Shown here in pieces: positions 26,625 through 34,969 of a DNA stretch of 38,673 nucleotides (positions are counted from its first letter, which is position 1; each line of letters begins with the position of its first letter). The notes below the pieces were generated by a model. That model was not told the origin of the DNA, did not search any database, and was given only the letters and a program-made list of their open reading frames with translations. A program made the position numbers and the translations under genes. The DNA is from an uncultured Burkholderiales bacterium (GTDB taxonomy: Bacteria > Vulcanimicrobiota > Xenobia > Xenobiales > JADMJV01), in NCBI GenBank assembly GCA_964423525.1, contig CAYRFU010000001.1:278-38950 (forward strand), written 5' to 3'.

Positions 26625-27350
26625 TTACAGACTCAAATAGACAACGTGGTGGTAGGGGTTGTCAGGATTGAGAATCTCTACCTTAGGAAACAACGGTTCC
26701 ACCATCTTAAGCGTCTGCCGCTTGGTGAACCCGCCGCAGGTTACGGTGTTACCGTAGCGCTCCAATTTGGGAATGTTGCAAATGAACCGCCCCCCAGGCC
26801 GCAACACCCTTTTCACCTCTTCCAGGTAGGCCTGGGTAACGTAGCGCGGGACGTGCTGAAAGACGAGCTCGCACCAGCCCAAGTCGAACTGACCATCACC
26901 CAGCGGGGCCAGGCTTTCCCCATCGTTTTGGGAGATGGTCACGTTGTCGTACTCCTGACATTTCTGGCGAGCCAGGTCGACCATGGTGGAGGAGAAGTCC
27001 ACCGAGTGGATCTTCTTTACCTTGGGAGCGAGGTGGAACTCCACTCGACCCGCTCCGCAGCCGATATTGAAACAAACGTCCTCTTCAGTGGGCTCGGCCA
27101 GGTAGACGATCGACTCTGTGTTGGCGTAGAAGGAATCTTGGGTGTGACACCCCGTGCAGATCTTGTGGTAAACTTCCGGGTCGTCTTCTTTCTCCCAGCC
27201 GTAGAACTCGAGCACTTCTTTCTTCCAGTACTCGCTCTGCTTCTTAGGGTCTAGAGCTATCAAGCCTTCTTTGATCGCATCCCCGACTCGAACCACTTTC
27301 AGGTCGGCGGCCAGGTCGGTCAGCCAGGTTTCTTTCTTTTCGTCACTCAC
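26625..27350 (-). CDS. Class I SAM-dependent methyltransferase
   Basis: IGCGAGRV motif I, VDFS..M, FDL, VFQHVP, RVLRPGGRF. Confidence 0.9.
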   Translation of the reverse strand: MSDEKKETWLTDLAADLKVVRVGDAIKEGLIALDPKKQSEYWKKEVLEFYGWEKEDDPEVYHKICTGCHTQDSFYANTESIVYLAEPTEEDVCFNIGCGAGRVEFHLAPKVKKIHSVDFSSTMVDLARQKCQEYDNVTISQNDGESLAPLGDGQFDLGWCELVFQHVPRYVTQAYLEEVKRVLRPGGRFICNIPKLERYGNTVTCGGFTKRQTLKMVEPLFPKVEILNPDNPYHHVVYLSL

Positions 27351-27391
27351 CTGACTCTTCTACCTCCCTTTGCCACACAGAAAACCCGTTG

Positions 27392-27997
27392 CTAGGCGGA
27401 ACGAAGCTGGAACGGAGTTCTGGATTTGTCCACCAGCGAGGCGAAAAAGCGATGAAACCGCTGGTCCCGGCTGAGCTCGGGGTGGAAAGAGGTGGCCAGC
27501 AGATGCCCTTTTCTTACGGCCACAATCTGACCTTCGACCGTGCCCAAGACCTCGATGTCGGGGGCCGGATGACGAGCTAGGGGCGCGCGGATAAAAACGG
27601 CCGGAAAGGGTAAGTCCCCAAGCTCTCGGACCTGGACCCCGGCCTCGAAGGAGTCAACCTGACGCCCAAAGGCGTTGCGTTCGACTTCCATATCTAGCAG
27701 GGCCAGAGAGTGTTGCTCGGGCAGCCCGTTGGTGATCCGGGTGGCCATCAAGATCATGCCGGCACAAGTACCCCACAAAGGCATCCCCGCCAGGGCTCTC
27801 TCCTGAATCGCTTTGAGCAGACCAAACCGGTCCAGCAGCTTCCCGATGGTGGTGGATTCTCCACCTGGCAAAATCAAACCGCCCACCTCCTGGAGATGAG
27901 CGAGAGTGCGCACCTCAACCCCCTCAAAACCACAAGCTTCGAGGACGGAGAGGTGCTCGATGACGGCCCCCTGAAGGGCCATCACACCGATCTTCAT
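27392..27997 (-). CDS. pdxT: PLP synthase glutaminase subunit
   Basis: GVMALQGAV.EH, PGGEST, GTCAGMIL, RNAFGRQVDSFE, FIRAP, FHPEL. Confidence 0.98.
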   Translation of the reverse strand: MKIGVMALQGAVIEHLSVLEACGFEGVEVRTLAHLQEVGGLILPGGESTTIGKLLDRFGLLKAIQERALAGMPLWGTCAGMILMATRITNGLPEQHSLALLDMEVERNAFGRQVDSFEAGVQVRELGDLPFPAVFIRAPLARHPAPDIEVLGTVEGQIVAVRKGHLLATSFHPELSRDQRFHRFFASLVDKSRTPFQLRSA

Positions 27998-28893
27998 TAC
28001 CAGCCCCGGGCCTGCAGAAGCTCGCGCTCAGGGATGGACGAAATCTCAAGACCTTTCATCGGGTCTCCGATCCCTTTCGAGAACTCAACTAGCTGCTCGG
28101 CGTCGGTGTAGTGGGCGGTGGCATCGACGATAGCGCGGGCGCAACGCGCGGGGTCGCTCGACTTGAAGACTCCCGAGCCGACGAAAATCCCGTCGCAACC
28201 CAAGCGCATCATCAGCGCGGCATCGGCCGGGGTGGCGATCCCGCCAGCGGCGAAATTGACAACCGGGAGGCGTCCTAGCTCTTTGACCTGCTTGACCAGC
28301 TCGTAGGGGGCACCGATATCCTTAGCAAAGGTCATCAGCTCTTCCTCTGGCAGGAGTTGAACCTTGCGAATTTCGGCGTTGATGCAGCGCATGTGACGAA
28401 CTGCTTCTACCACGTTACCAGTGCCGGCTTCCCCTTTGGTGCGGATCATAGCAGCCCCTTCACCGATTCTTCGTAAAGCCTCTCCGAGGTTACGAGCGCC
28501 GCAGACGAAGGGTACGTCGAAGGCATGTTTGTCGATGTGGAACTCTTCGTCAGCCGGAGTCAACACTTCGGACTCGTCGATATAGTCAGCTCCGAGAGCC
28601 TGCAGAATCTCCGCTTCGACGAGGTGGCCAATTCGAGCTTTGGCCATTACCGGGATCGTGACGGCGTCGATGATGGTTTGCACCAGGGCCGGATCTGCCA
28701 TCCGGGCCACGCCGCCTTCCTTACGGATGTCAGCGGGGACACGCTCGAGCGCCATCACGGCGACGGCCCCAGCCTCTTGAGCAACGACGGCCTGCTCGGG
28801 GGTGGTCACATCCATGATCACTCCCCCTTTGAGCATCTGAGCCAATCCACTCTTTACCTTGATCGTCCCCTTCTTCTTGCCGTTCTTGGCCAT
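27997..28893 (-). CDS. pdxS: PLP synthase lyase subunit
   Basis: [56 protein letters not shown]. Confidence 0.99.
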   Translation of the reverse strand: MAKNGKKKGTIKVKSGLAQMLKGGVIMDVTTPEQAVVAQEAGAVAVMALERVPADIRKEGGVARMADPALVQTIIDAVTIPVMAKARIGHLVEAEILQALGADYIDESEVLTPADEEFHIDKHAFDVPFVCGARNLGEALRRIGEGAAMIRTKGEAGTGNVVEAVRHMRCINAEIRKVQLLPEEELMTFAKDIGAPYELVKQVKELGRLPVVNFAAGGIATPADAALMMRLGCDGIFVGSGVFKSSDPARCARAIVDATAHYTDAEQLVEFSKGIGDPMKGLEISSIPERELLQARGW

Positions 28894-28974
28894 TCCAATT
28901 TCTCCAATATCTCTAGGTTGGCTGACGCCCCGAACTGTTCTTACCCCATTGGAAAGAAGATATTCATGGGTCGC

Positions 28975-28994
28975 TCAGCGCCACTGGCGAAGGG
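28975..28994 (+). repeat. Direct repeat, left copy (TCAGCGCCACTGGCGAAGGG)
   Basis: 19 of 20 positions identical to 29587-29606. Confidence 0.75.
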
Positions 28995-29050
28995 CCTCCA
29001 GACGAACTCGACCGCCTTGAGGTTCAAGCTAGACGGCGGAGGGAACTCCA

Positions 29051-29080
29051 ACTCAACCCGACCGGAGTTGAGTACTCAAC
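29051..29080. promoter_or_regulatory. Operator-like triple motif ACTCAAC-N9-GTTGAGT-ACTCAAC
   Basis: Perfect 14-bp palindrome GTTGAGTACTCAAC (29067-29080) plus a third half-site at 29051-29057. Confidence 0.35.
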
Positions 29081-29190
29081 CTTGTGAGTCCGCTAAAGTT
29101 AACAATTCTCTCGACGGGAGCTCTATCAGGCTCGGCGAAGATGGAATCGCGTCTGCTTTGGACGGGCGTCATTTCGATAAAGGACCTACA

Positions 29191-29535
29191 ATGATGGCGG
29201 AGGACCGATTTCAAAGGTATGAAGATACCCAACAAGAGCAGACCGAGCTGCTCCAGGACGTTAAGGACCGCGTGAGCAACCTGGAAGAGGGCCAAAACGA
29301 GTTGAAGACGGAAGTCAAAGGCCTTAAGGACCGGATCGATGACCTGGCTGAGAATCAGGCGTTCTTCCTGGAGCAGATGAATCAGATGGAAGTTAGAATT
29401 CTGCGCCACTTTGCCATGGCTCAAGAGGCTTGGCAGCACGACATGAAGGCCTTTCGCGAGGGGTGTTTGGCGAACAATGAGCAGATCGATGACCACGAGA
29501 CGCGGTTAAGTCGGCTAGAGGATCGGGCGTCGTAG
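29191..29535 (+). CDS. Hypothetical coiled-coil protein (114 aa)
   Basis: AAAGGA RBS before ATG 29191; heptad pattern VKDRVSNLEEGQNELKTEVKGLKDRIDDL; this is the 3' part of track ORF 28525..29535. Confidence 0.75.
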   Translation: MMAEDRFQRYEDTQQEQTELLQDVKDRVSNLEEGQNELKTEVKGLKDRIDDLAENQAFFLEQMNQMEVRILRHFAMAQEAWQHDMKAFREGCLANNEQIDDHETRLSRLEDRAS

Positions 29536-29586
29536 CGGCTGCGGTATTCTCGGACCGCCCCCCGCAAAGACACCAGTGCTAACCGA

Positions 29587-29606
29587 TCAGCGCCACTGGC
29601 TAAGGG
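29587..29606 (+). repeat. Direct repeat, right copy (TCAGCGCCACTGGCTAAGGG), the last codons and stop of the M64-like gene
   Basis: 19 of 20 positions identical to 28975-28994. Confidence 0.75.
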
Positions 29607-30755
29607 GGTAGCGGGTCCGGTAGGTGCTTTCCTGAAAGCGTCGACCACTCATCTTGTAGATCTTGCGGGTCAGGACTTCGTGACAGACTGGGCAGAAGAC
29701 GTCAAAATCCCCGTTTCTCATCACGCAACGATAGCTGGGACGCCAAACACCGACCTTCATACCCGCCCCACCCTGGTAGGCGCTGACCAACGGATAGGCC
29801 TCGTCCAGGCTGAGACAGTGGCCCCACTTAGCCGTCTTAGCGATGGTCTTCTGGTTGCTGGGATCGATATACTCAGAGGTCGTGAGGTTGGGATAGGGCA
29901 GATCGGCGCCAGCTCGGGGTCCCCCGGAAGCGTAGCCGTAGCTAGTATCGTCATATTCGTCTCCCAACCCACCAAGAGCGTAGCCGAGTTCGTGAGCCAG
30001 AGCGTAGGGCCTACTCGCGGTTAAGACCACCATCCCCTCTCGACCGTGAGCTCGACCTTCTAGTCGGCTGACCACGATGGTCACATCCCGTCCAGGAGCT
30101 GCCGTGGCCGCCTCCTCAGCCGCAAATCGATTTCGAATTCTCACAAAGTGGCCGCGCGTGGCGTGGGTGGAGCCGAAGGGGAAGGGCTCGTCGTCGTTTC
30201 TTGTTTTCTTTGAAGGGCGACACCGTCCACAAGTGACGAAGGATGGCCTGAACGTCTTTCTCCAAAAGGTATCGATCGCTTTGACGATAACCGTCGCCCA
30301 GGAAAGTAAGATCGACCTTTTGGGCCGGACTCCCTTGATTTTGAAGAGCCTTGCTTTGGTCCCGCGGCTCGGACCGTTTGACCGTTTCCAAAGTGAGGAT
30401 CGGTTGAGACGACGCTTCTCTCGGGCGACCAGCCACTTTTCCCTGCGTCTCGAGGGAGTAGGCTCGACCATATCCGGTCAGCTTAAGGCCAAGATGCTCA
30501 GCCAGAGGCCCTAAGCCTATCAAAACCGCGCCCTCTGGGGCTAGAGGCAAGACCAAAGCGACGGCCTCCTACGATCATGGCTCCTGCTTCTCGTTGATAC
30601 TCCACCTTTAGTAAGTTCAAAAGCGGAACCGCTTCGACCATCAAAGGCGGCACAATGACCAACCCCTGAAACTCCTCGCCATCGACCGTCAGGGATCCAA
30701 CCATGTTCGCGGAAACGGGAAGGACTAGAAGGCAGAGAATCAGCAGTTCCCGCAA
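29587..30755 (-). pseudogene. Disrupted secreted M64 (IgA peptidase-like) metallopeptidase
   Basis: Three frames join: signal peptide MRELLILCLLVLPVSA; KVDLTFLGDGY..PFKE; HELGYALGGLGDEY..PNLT..WRP..CVMR..FCPVC. Frameshifts near 30556 and 30197; HExxH reads HELGY. Confidence 0.8.
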
Positions 30756-30764
30756 TGAGACCTT

Positions 30765-31025
30765 CTAATTCCAGCCAGTACCCGTCTGGGCCCAGGTGAA
30801 GGTAAACTCTTCTTCAGGAGGGAGGGTCTGGGCTCGACGAGCAGCCGAGTCGGAGGCCCGAGCCTTGATCGGATTAGACTCTTTTGAATCCTGGGTTAGC
30901 ACTGTCGCCTCCAACTTTTGCCAAAACCGTTCACCGCAATTGAGGCAGCAGTATTCATCGACAGAGCGAGGCAAATCGTACATCTTGTCCCGGTGAAGAT
31001 CGCCTCCGCATCGTCCGCACTGCAT
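30765..31025 (-). CDS. Small zinc-ribbon protein
   Basis: MQCGRCGG...CCLNCGER (two CxxC pairs); ATG 31025 (the track start is TTG 31040). Confidence 0.65.
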   Translation of the reverse strand: MQCGRCGGDLHRDKMYDLPRSVDEYCCLNCGERFWQKLEATVLTQDSKESNPIKARASDSAARRAQTLPPEEEFTFTWAQTGTGWN

Positions 31026-31063
31026 AGGGAAAAACTTCAATGAGAGTAAGGGAACTCCTCCGG

Positions 31064-31297
31064 CTAACCCTGGATGGTGAAGGAGCTGTTGGGGGGCAAA
31101 ACTGGCAGCGCCTGGTAAGTTGCCCGGTGCTTTTGGGTGGGTTCAAAGAAAACGCAGTTCTGACCGGTGGTGACCAAGACATCGAGGGAGGGCTGATTGC
31201 GGGTCTTGAAGCCGAAATAGCGACAGCCCCGGGGAAAACGGTTATCCCAGGTGACGTGATAATGCACACAGTGAGAGCAGTTGGGAGTCTTACTCAT
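31064..31297 (-). CDS. Small four-Cys conserved hypothetical protein (77 aa)
   Basis: MSKTPNCSHCVHYHVTWDNRFPRGCRYFGFKTRNQPSLDVLVTTGQNCVFF fits a CxxC-TWD-PxGC-GFK-PS-GxxC small-protein pattern I recognise; this is the 3' part of track ORF 31064..31621. Confidence 0.75.
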   Translation of the reverse strand: MSKTPNCSHCVHYHVTWDNRFPRGCRYFGFKTRNQPSLDVLVTTGQNCVFFEPTQKHRATYQALPVLPPNSSFTIQG

Positions 31298-31406
31298 CAG
31301 CCCCACAATACCGGATCGATGTTGCCACAACCTTACGAATTTGTAAAACCCACCTCTTAGGCCACGTGGGAGGGGGGGGCTTGCAACTTGAGAAGCTGCG
31401 GCCATT

Positions 31407-32316
31407 GTGACAAAGACCGTGAACGTCGTAACGTCCGTCAGTCTCCTGCTCCTCTTTTTGGCTTGCGGAGGAGGAGACTCCGCACCCACTGGCCTCTCCA
31501 GTGTAGGACCCGGTCCCGGGGGGAGTGGAAGCCTGTCACTGCGGCTCGACACCTCAGCCATCCCCCGAGCCCTCCTCCAGACTGATAGCCAACCCGACAC
31601 CCTGATGATTGACGTCCTCAATCCTCAGGAGTTGATTCCGATTGCTCCGCGTTCGGTTTTCACCATCGACCGCACTCAAGCGGTCCAAGTCTTCACCGTG
31701 ACCGGGATCCTCTATGTCGTCGACCGAGGTAATGCACCCCCGACCCCAAGGACCCTCTACCAGGGTCAACCTGAACACAGACGGCACCCTCAGTGGGATT
31801 GGTGGGACCGACACCTATAGCTAGGGCGGGTTTCCCGGGTTTGTGCGGCCAGTGGTGCTGGCCAGCAACCTCTTTCTGTATTCCAATGTGAATAGTGTCT
31901 TCGGTAGCCCGCCTTTCGGCATCGAAGTCTTCTCGACCGACGCAAGCGGGAGCCCTGCGGTGGAGTCGCCAGCCGCTATCGATGCTGCCCTGGACGGGAC
32001 AGCCCAGGACCTGGTGATAGCTGGGAACTTTATCTTCACCTGCACTACCATGGGGAAGATTATTCGCTTCGACCTCGACCCTGCCACTGGGGGGCTATCT
32101 AATCCCACCGAGCTAGCCGATGTTACGACCGACGGGCTCCAAGGGATCGGGGTCGATCCTAGCCAACGAGTTCTTTGTGTCTGCACCGATGGGAGCCCAC
32201 AAGGAGAGCTCGTCGTCTTTAGCTTGGACGTCACCAACGGCACCCTGGTAGAAACCAGCCGCCAACCCCTGGGCGACGAACCCGGCGTTCTTCACATCGC
32301 CAATCCTACCAACTAA
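31407..32316 (+). pseudogene. Disrupted lipoprotein with beta-propeller-like C-terminus
   Basis: Lipobox LLLLFLA-C; frameshift near 31740; second frame ...VNLNTDGTLSGIGGTDTYS-TAG(31822-31824)-GGFPGFVRP is in frame with ORF 31843..32316; repeated F.LD..TG.L blade motifs. Confidence 0.7.
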
Positions 32317-32342
32317 CCCTGACTGAAAGAACCGTGAAAACT

Positions 32343-33518
32343 CTAAGACATCATCTTGGAGGACACGTCGGCCAGGGGTAACAAGACGCTGAGCACCAAC
32401 GTTCCCACCATGACTCCCATGAAGAGAATCAAAGCCGGCTCGAGGAAGCGGGTCAAGATTGCCCGGCGACGCTCTAGCTCTCTCTCATAGAAAGAGGCGG
32501 CCGAATCGAGCATAGGGGAAAGCTCTCCAGTCCGCTCACCCGTCTTCAAGAACTGCTGAAGCAGGGGTGGAATCAGATAGATTCGACCGATCGAGACAGC
32601 CAATCCGTCGCCGCGTTCAACCGCTTTCTCGGCTCCGGCAAGCTCCCGTTTCAGGGCCTCGTTCTCGAGTGACTCACGGGACAGCTGCATAGCCCTGACC
32701 AGGGGCACCCCGGCAGCGTGGAGCATCCCCAAAGTCCGAGCCCACTGCTCCATCAGGCCACAGGACAACATGGGCCCCAACAGAGGAAGGCCAAGACGCC
32801 AACGGTCGAGAGTGACTCGAGGCATCATCCGAAGTCCGAGCAAAAGGGTGGCCACGCCGCCGATCAGCACGAACAGACCAAACCCCGTGAGAGAATTCCC
32901 CATCCAGACAATCCACTTGGTTAACCAGGGGAGTTCGATGTCGAGGGCCCCATACATCTCCTCCAGGACGGGCGTGAGAAAGTAGAGCAAGCCCATCAAC
33001 AAAGCGATGGAGAGGGTAATCAAAACGATAGGGTAACTCAAGGCCCCTACCAAAGCTTGGCGGTGCTCAATGTCACGCTTAAGATAATCGGCATAACGGC
33101 CAATGATCTCAGCCGGCTGACCCGACTCCTCTCCGGCCTGGACCATTCTCACCAACATGGGAGGAAAGGCCTGCTCCTCAGCCATCGCGCCGGTCAGCGA
33201 GTCCCCCTCCCGAAGCTTAACTCGAACCCGACGCAAAGCACTGCGCATTCGAGGGTCTTCGTCAAACTCAGCCAGAGACTCGAGAGCCTCGTCAAGAGGA
33301 ATGCCCGAGCGGATGAGAGCGGAAAGCTGTTGCAAGGAGTAGGCTAACGACTCGCCAGCGGCGGCCTGCTTGGAGTTTGAGACCTCAACGTTAACCTGGA
33401 TAGGAAAAAGACCCCGAGCCTTAACCTTCTGATAGGCCACCGATTGGCTGGCAGCGTCGACCAGGCCGTTGACCTGCTTGCCGCGATGGTCAGTCGCGAC
33501 ATACTGATAAAGAGGCAT
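32343..33518 (-). CDS. gspF: Type II secretion system inner-membrane protein F
   Basis: MPLYQYVA, QLSALIRSGIPL, MVQAGEESG, ALSYP, GERTGEL, LEPALILFMG. Confidence 0.93.
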   Translation of the reverse strand: MPLYQYVATDHRGKQVNGLVDAASQSVAYQKVKARGLFPIQVNVEVSNSKQAAAGESLAYSLQQLSALIRSGIPLDEALESLAEFDEDPRMRSALRRVRVKLREGDSLTGAMAEEQAFPPMLVRMVQAGEESGQPAEIIGRYADYLKRDIEHRQALVGALSYPIVLITLSIALLMGLLYFLTPVLEEMYGALDIELPWLTKWIVWMGNSLTGFGLFVLIGGVATLLLGLRMMPRVTLDRWRLGLPLLGPMLSCGLMEQWARTLGMLHAAGVPLVRAMQLSRESLENEALKRELAGAEKAVERGDGLAVSIGRIYLIPPLLQQFLKTGERTGELSPMLDSAASFYERELERRRAILTRFLEPALILFMGVMVGTLVLSVLLPLADVSSKMMS

Positions 33519-33520
33519 CC

Positions 33521-34969
33521 CTAGCCTGCCCTGGCGACCCGAAGGGCTTCTTCGGTACTGGTCTGACCGGCAAGAACCTTGGCGGCGGCGTCTTCCATTA
33601 AAGACCGCATACCCTTTTTGCGGGCCAGCTGACCCAATTTCAAAGAGTCTTCCTCGCGAGCGATTCGACTCGACATCTCACCGTCCACTACCATGAGCTC
33701 AAAGACGCCCGTTCGACCCCGGTAGCCGGTGCCCAGACACTCATCACAACCCATCGGACCGAAAATCGAATCCGTCTTAGGGGCCGAGTTCAAGCCCAGT
33801 CGCTTCAGTTCGGCTTCGGTCAGCGTGTAGGGTTCCTTACAGTGTGGACAGAGCCGACGCACCAATCGCTGAGCCAACACGCCGATCAAACAGGAAGACA
33901 GCAGATAGGGTGGGACACCCAAGTCGAGGAGGCGAGTGGCCGCTGAGGGGGCGTCATTGGTATGAAGAGTCGACAAAACCATGTGACCGGTCAAGGCGGC
34001 GTGGACCGCAATGTCAGCCGTCTCGGGATCACGAATCTCACCCACCATCAGGACATCGGGGTCCTGGCGCAATACCGAACGCAAACCTGAAGCGAAGGTC
34101 AATCCCACCTTCTCGTTGACTTGAATCTGTCCCACGCCTGGAACGCGATACTCGACCGGGTCTTCGATGGTGATGAGATTGCAGGTGTCGGAGCGAAGTT
34201 TCTCGAGCACCGAGTAAAGGGTGGTCGTTTTCCCAGAACCGGTCGGCCCTGTCACCAAAAGCAACCCGAAGGGATTGCCGAGAAGATGATTGATCTTGGA
34301 CTCGGTGTCAGCCAACATTCCGACCTGCTCGAGAGTCAACAGCTTCAAGTCTTTCTCTAAGAGACGCATCACGACCCGCTCACCGTGGAGAGTCGGGACT
34401 GTCGAGATCCTGACATCGAGTTTGCGCTCCCCCGAGTGAACGTGGAGACGGCCATCCTGAGGACGACGAGCTTCGGCCAGGTCGAGCTTGGACATCACTT
34501 TGAGCCGAGCTGCGATCTGACTGTGGCGCGAGCGGGGAATGCGGTGGGTCTCGTGGAGCACGCCATCGATCCTCATCCGCACCAACGTTTCTTCCTCGAA
34601 CGGTTCGACGTGAATATCGGAAGCTCGCGTTTGCATGGCCTTCAGGAACATAGCGTTGATCAGACGCACCACCGGTGCCCCGGCCGCATCGCCTAAAAGG
34701 TCTTGACTCGTATCGATGTTGAGGTCGCTCGACTCATCCTCTTCGACCAGGTTGGAATCGTCATCCATCACCAAGCTGCGCAGTCGATCGTCGATCTCTT
34801 CCGGAGTCATCTTGACCGGACGGACATCCTTTTGAAGAGTCAGGCGGATATCTTCAAGGATCTCGCGAGGAGTACCCGGTGCGATGCCAACGCTGAAACG
34901 ATCCTCTTGTTCCTCCAGAGGAACCAGGCGATGGCGCTGCCAGAACTCGATGGGAATAGTGGTGGTCAC
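33521..34969 (-). CDS. gspE: Type II secretion system ATPase E
   Basis: ASDIHVEP, RRPQDGR, GPTGSGKTTTLY, TIEDPVEY, LRQDPD, TGHMVLSTLHTND, CPHC..CDEC. Confidence 0.96.
   Translation of the reverse strand: MTTTIPIEFWQRHRLVPLEEQEDRFSVGIAPGTPREILEDIRLTLQKDVRPVKMTPEEIDDRLRSLVMDDDSNLVEEDESSDLNIDTSQDLLGDAAGAPVVRLINAMFLKAMQTRASDIHVEPFEEETLVRMRIDGVLHETHRIPRSRHSQIAARLKVMSKLDLAEARRPQDGRLHVHSGERKLDVRISTVPTLHGERVVMRLLEKDLKLLTLEQVGMLADTESKINHLLGNPFGLLLVTGPTGSGKTTTLYSVLEKLRSDTCNLITIEDPVEYRVPGVGQIQVNEKVGLTFASGLRSVLRQDPDVLMVGEIRDPETADIAVHAALTGHMVLSTLHTNDAPSAATRLLDLGVPPYLLSSCLIGVLAQRLVRRLCPHCKEPYTLTEAELKRLGLNSAPKTDSIFGPMGCDECLGTGYRGRTGVFELMVVDGEMSSRIAREEDSLKLGQLARKKGMRSLMEDAAAKVLAGQTSTEEALRVARAG

Noticed and set aside
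28525-29190. 5' part of the 336-aa plus-strand ORF
   Set aside because: Overlaps pdxS antisense and intergenic DNA; a good RBS and ATG at 29191 mark the real start
31368-31379. G8 tract as a phase-variation switch
   Set aside because: Short for a GC-rich genome, not between recognisable promoter hexamers, and the downstream gene is broken by unrelated lesions
33521-34969. Type IV pilus PilB rather than GspE
   Set aside because: Adjacent secretin has GspD-type N0-N3 domains without AMIN domains, and the ATPase has the short GspE-type N-terminus
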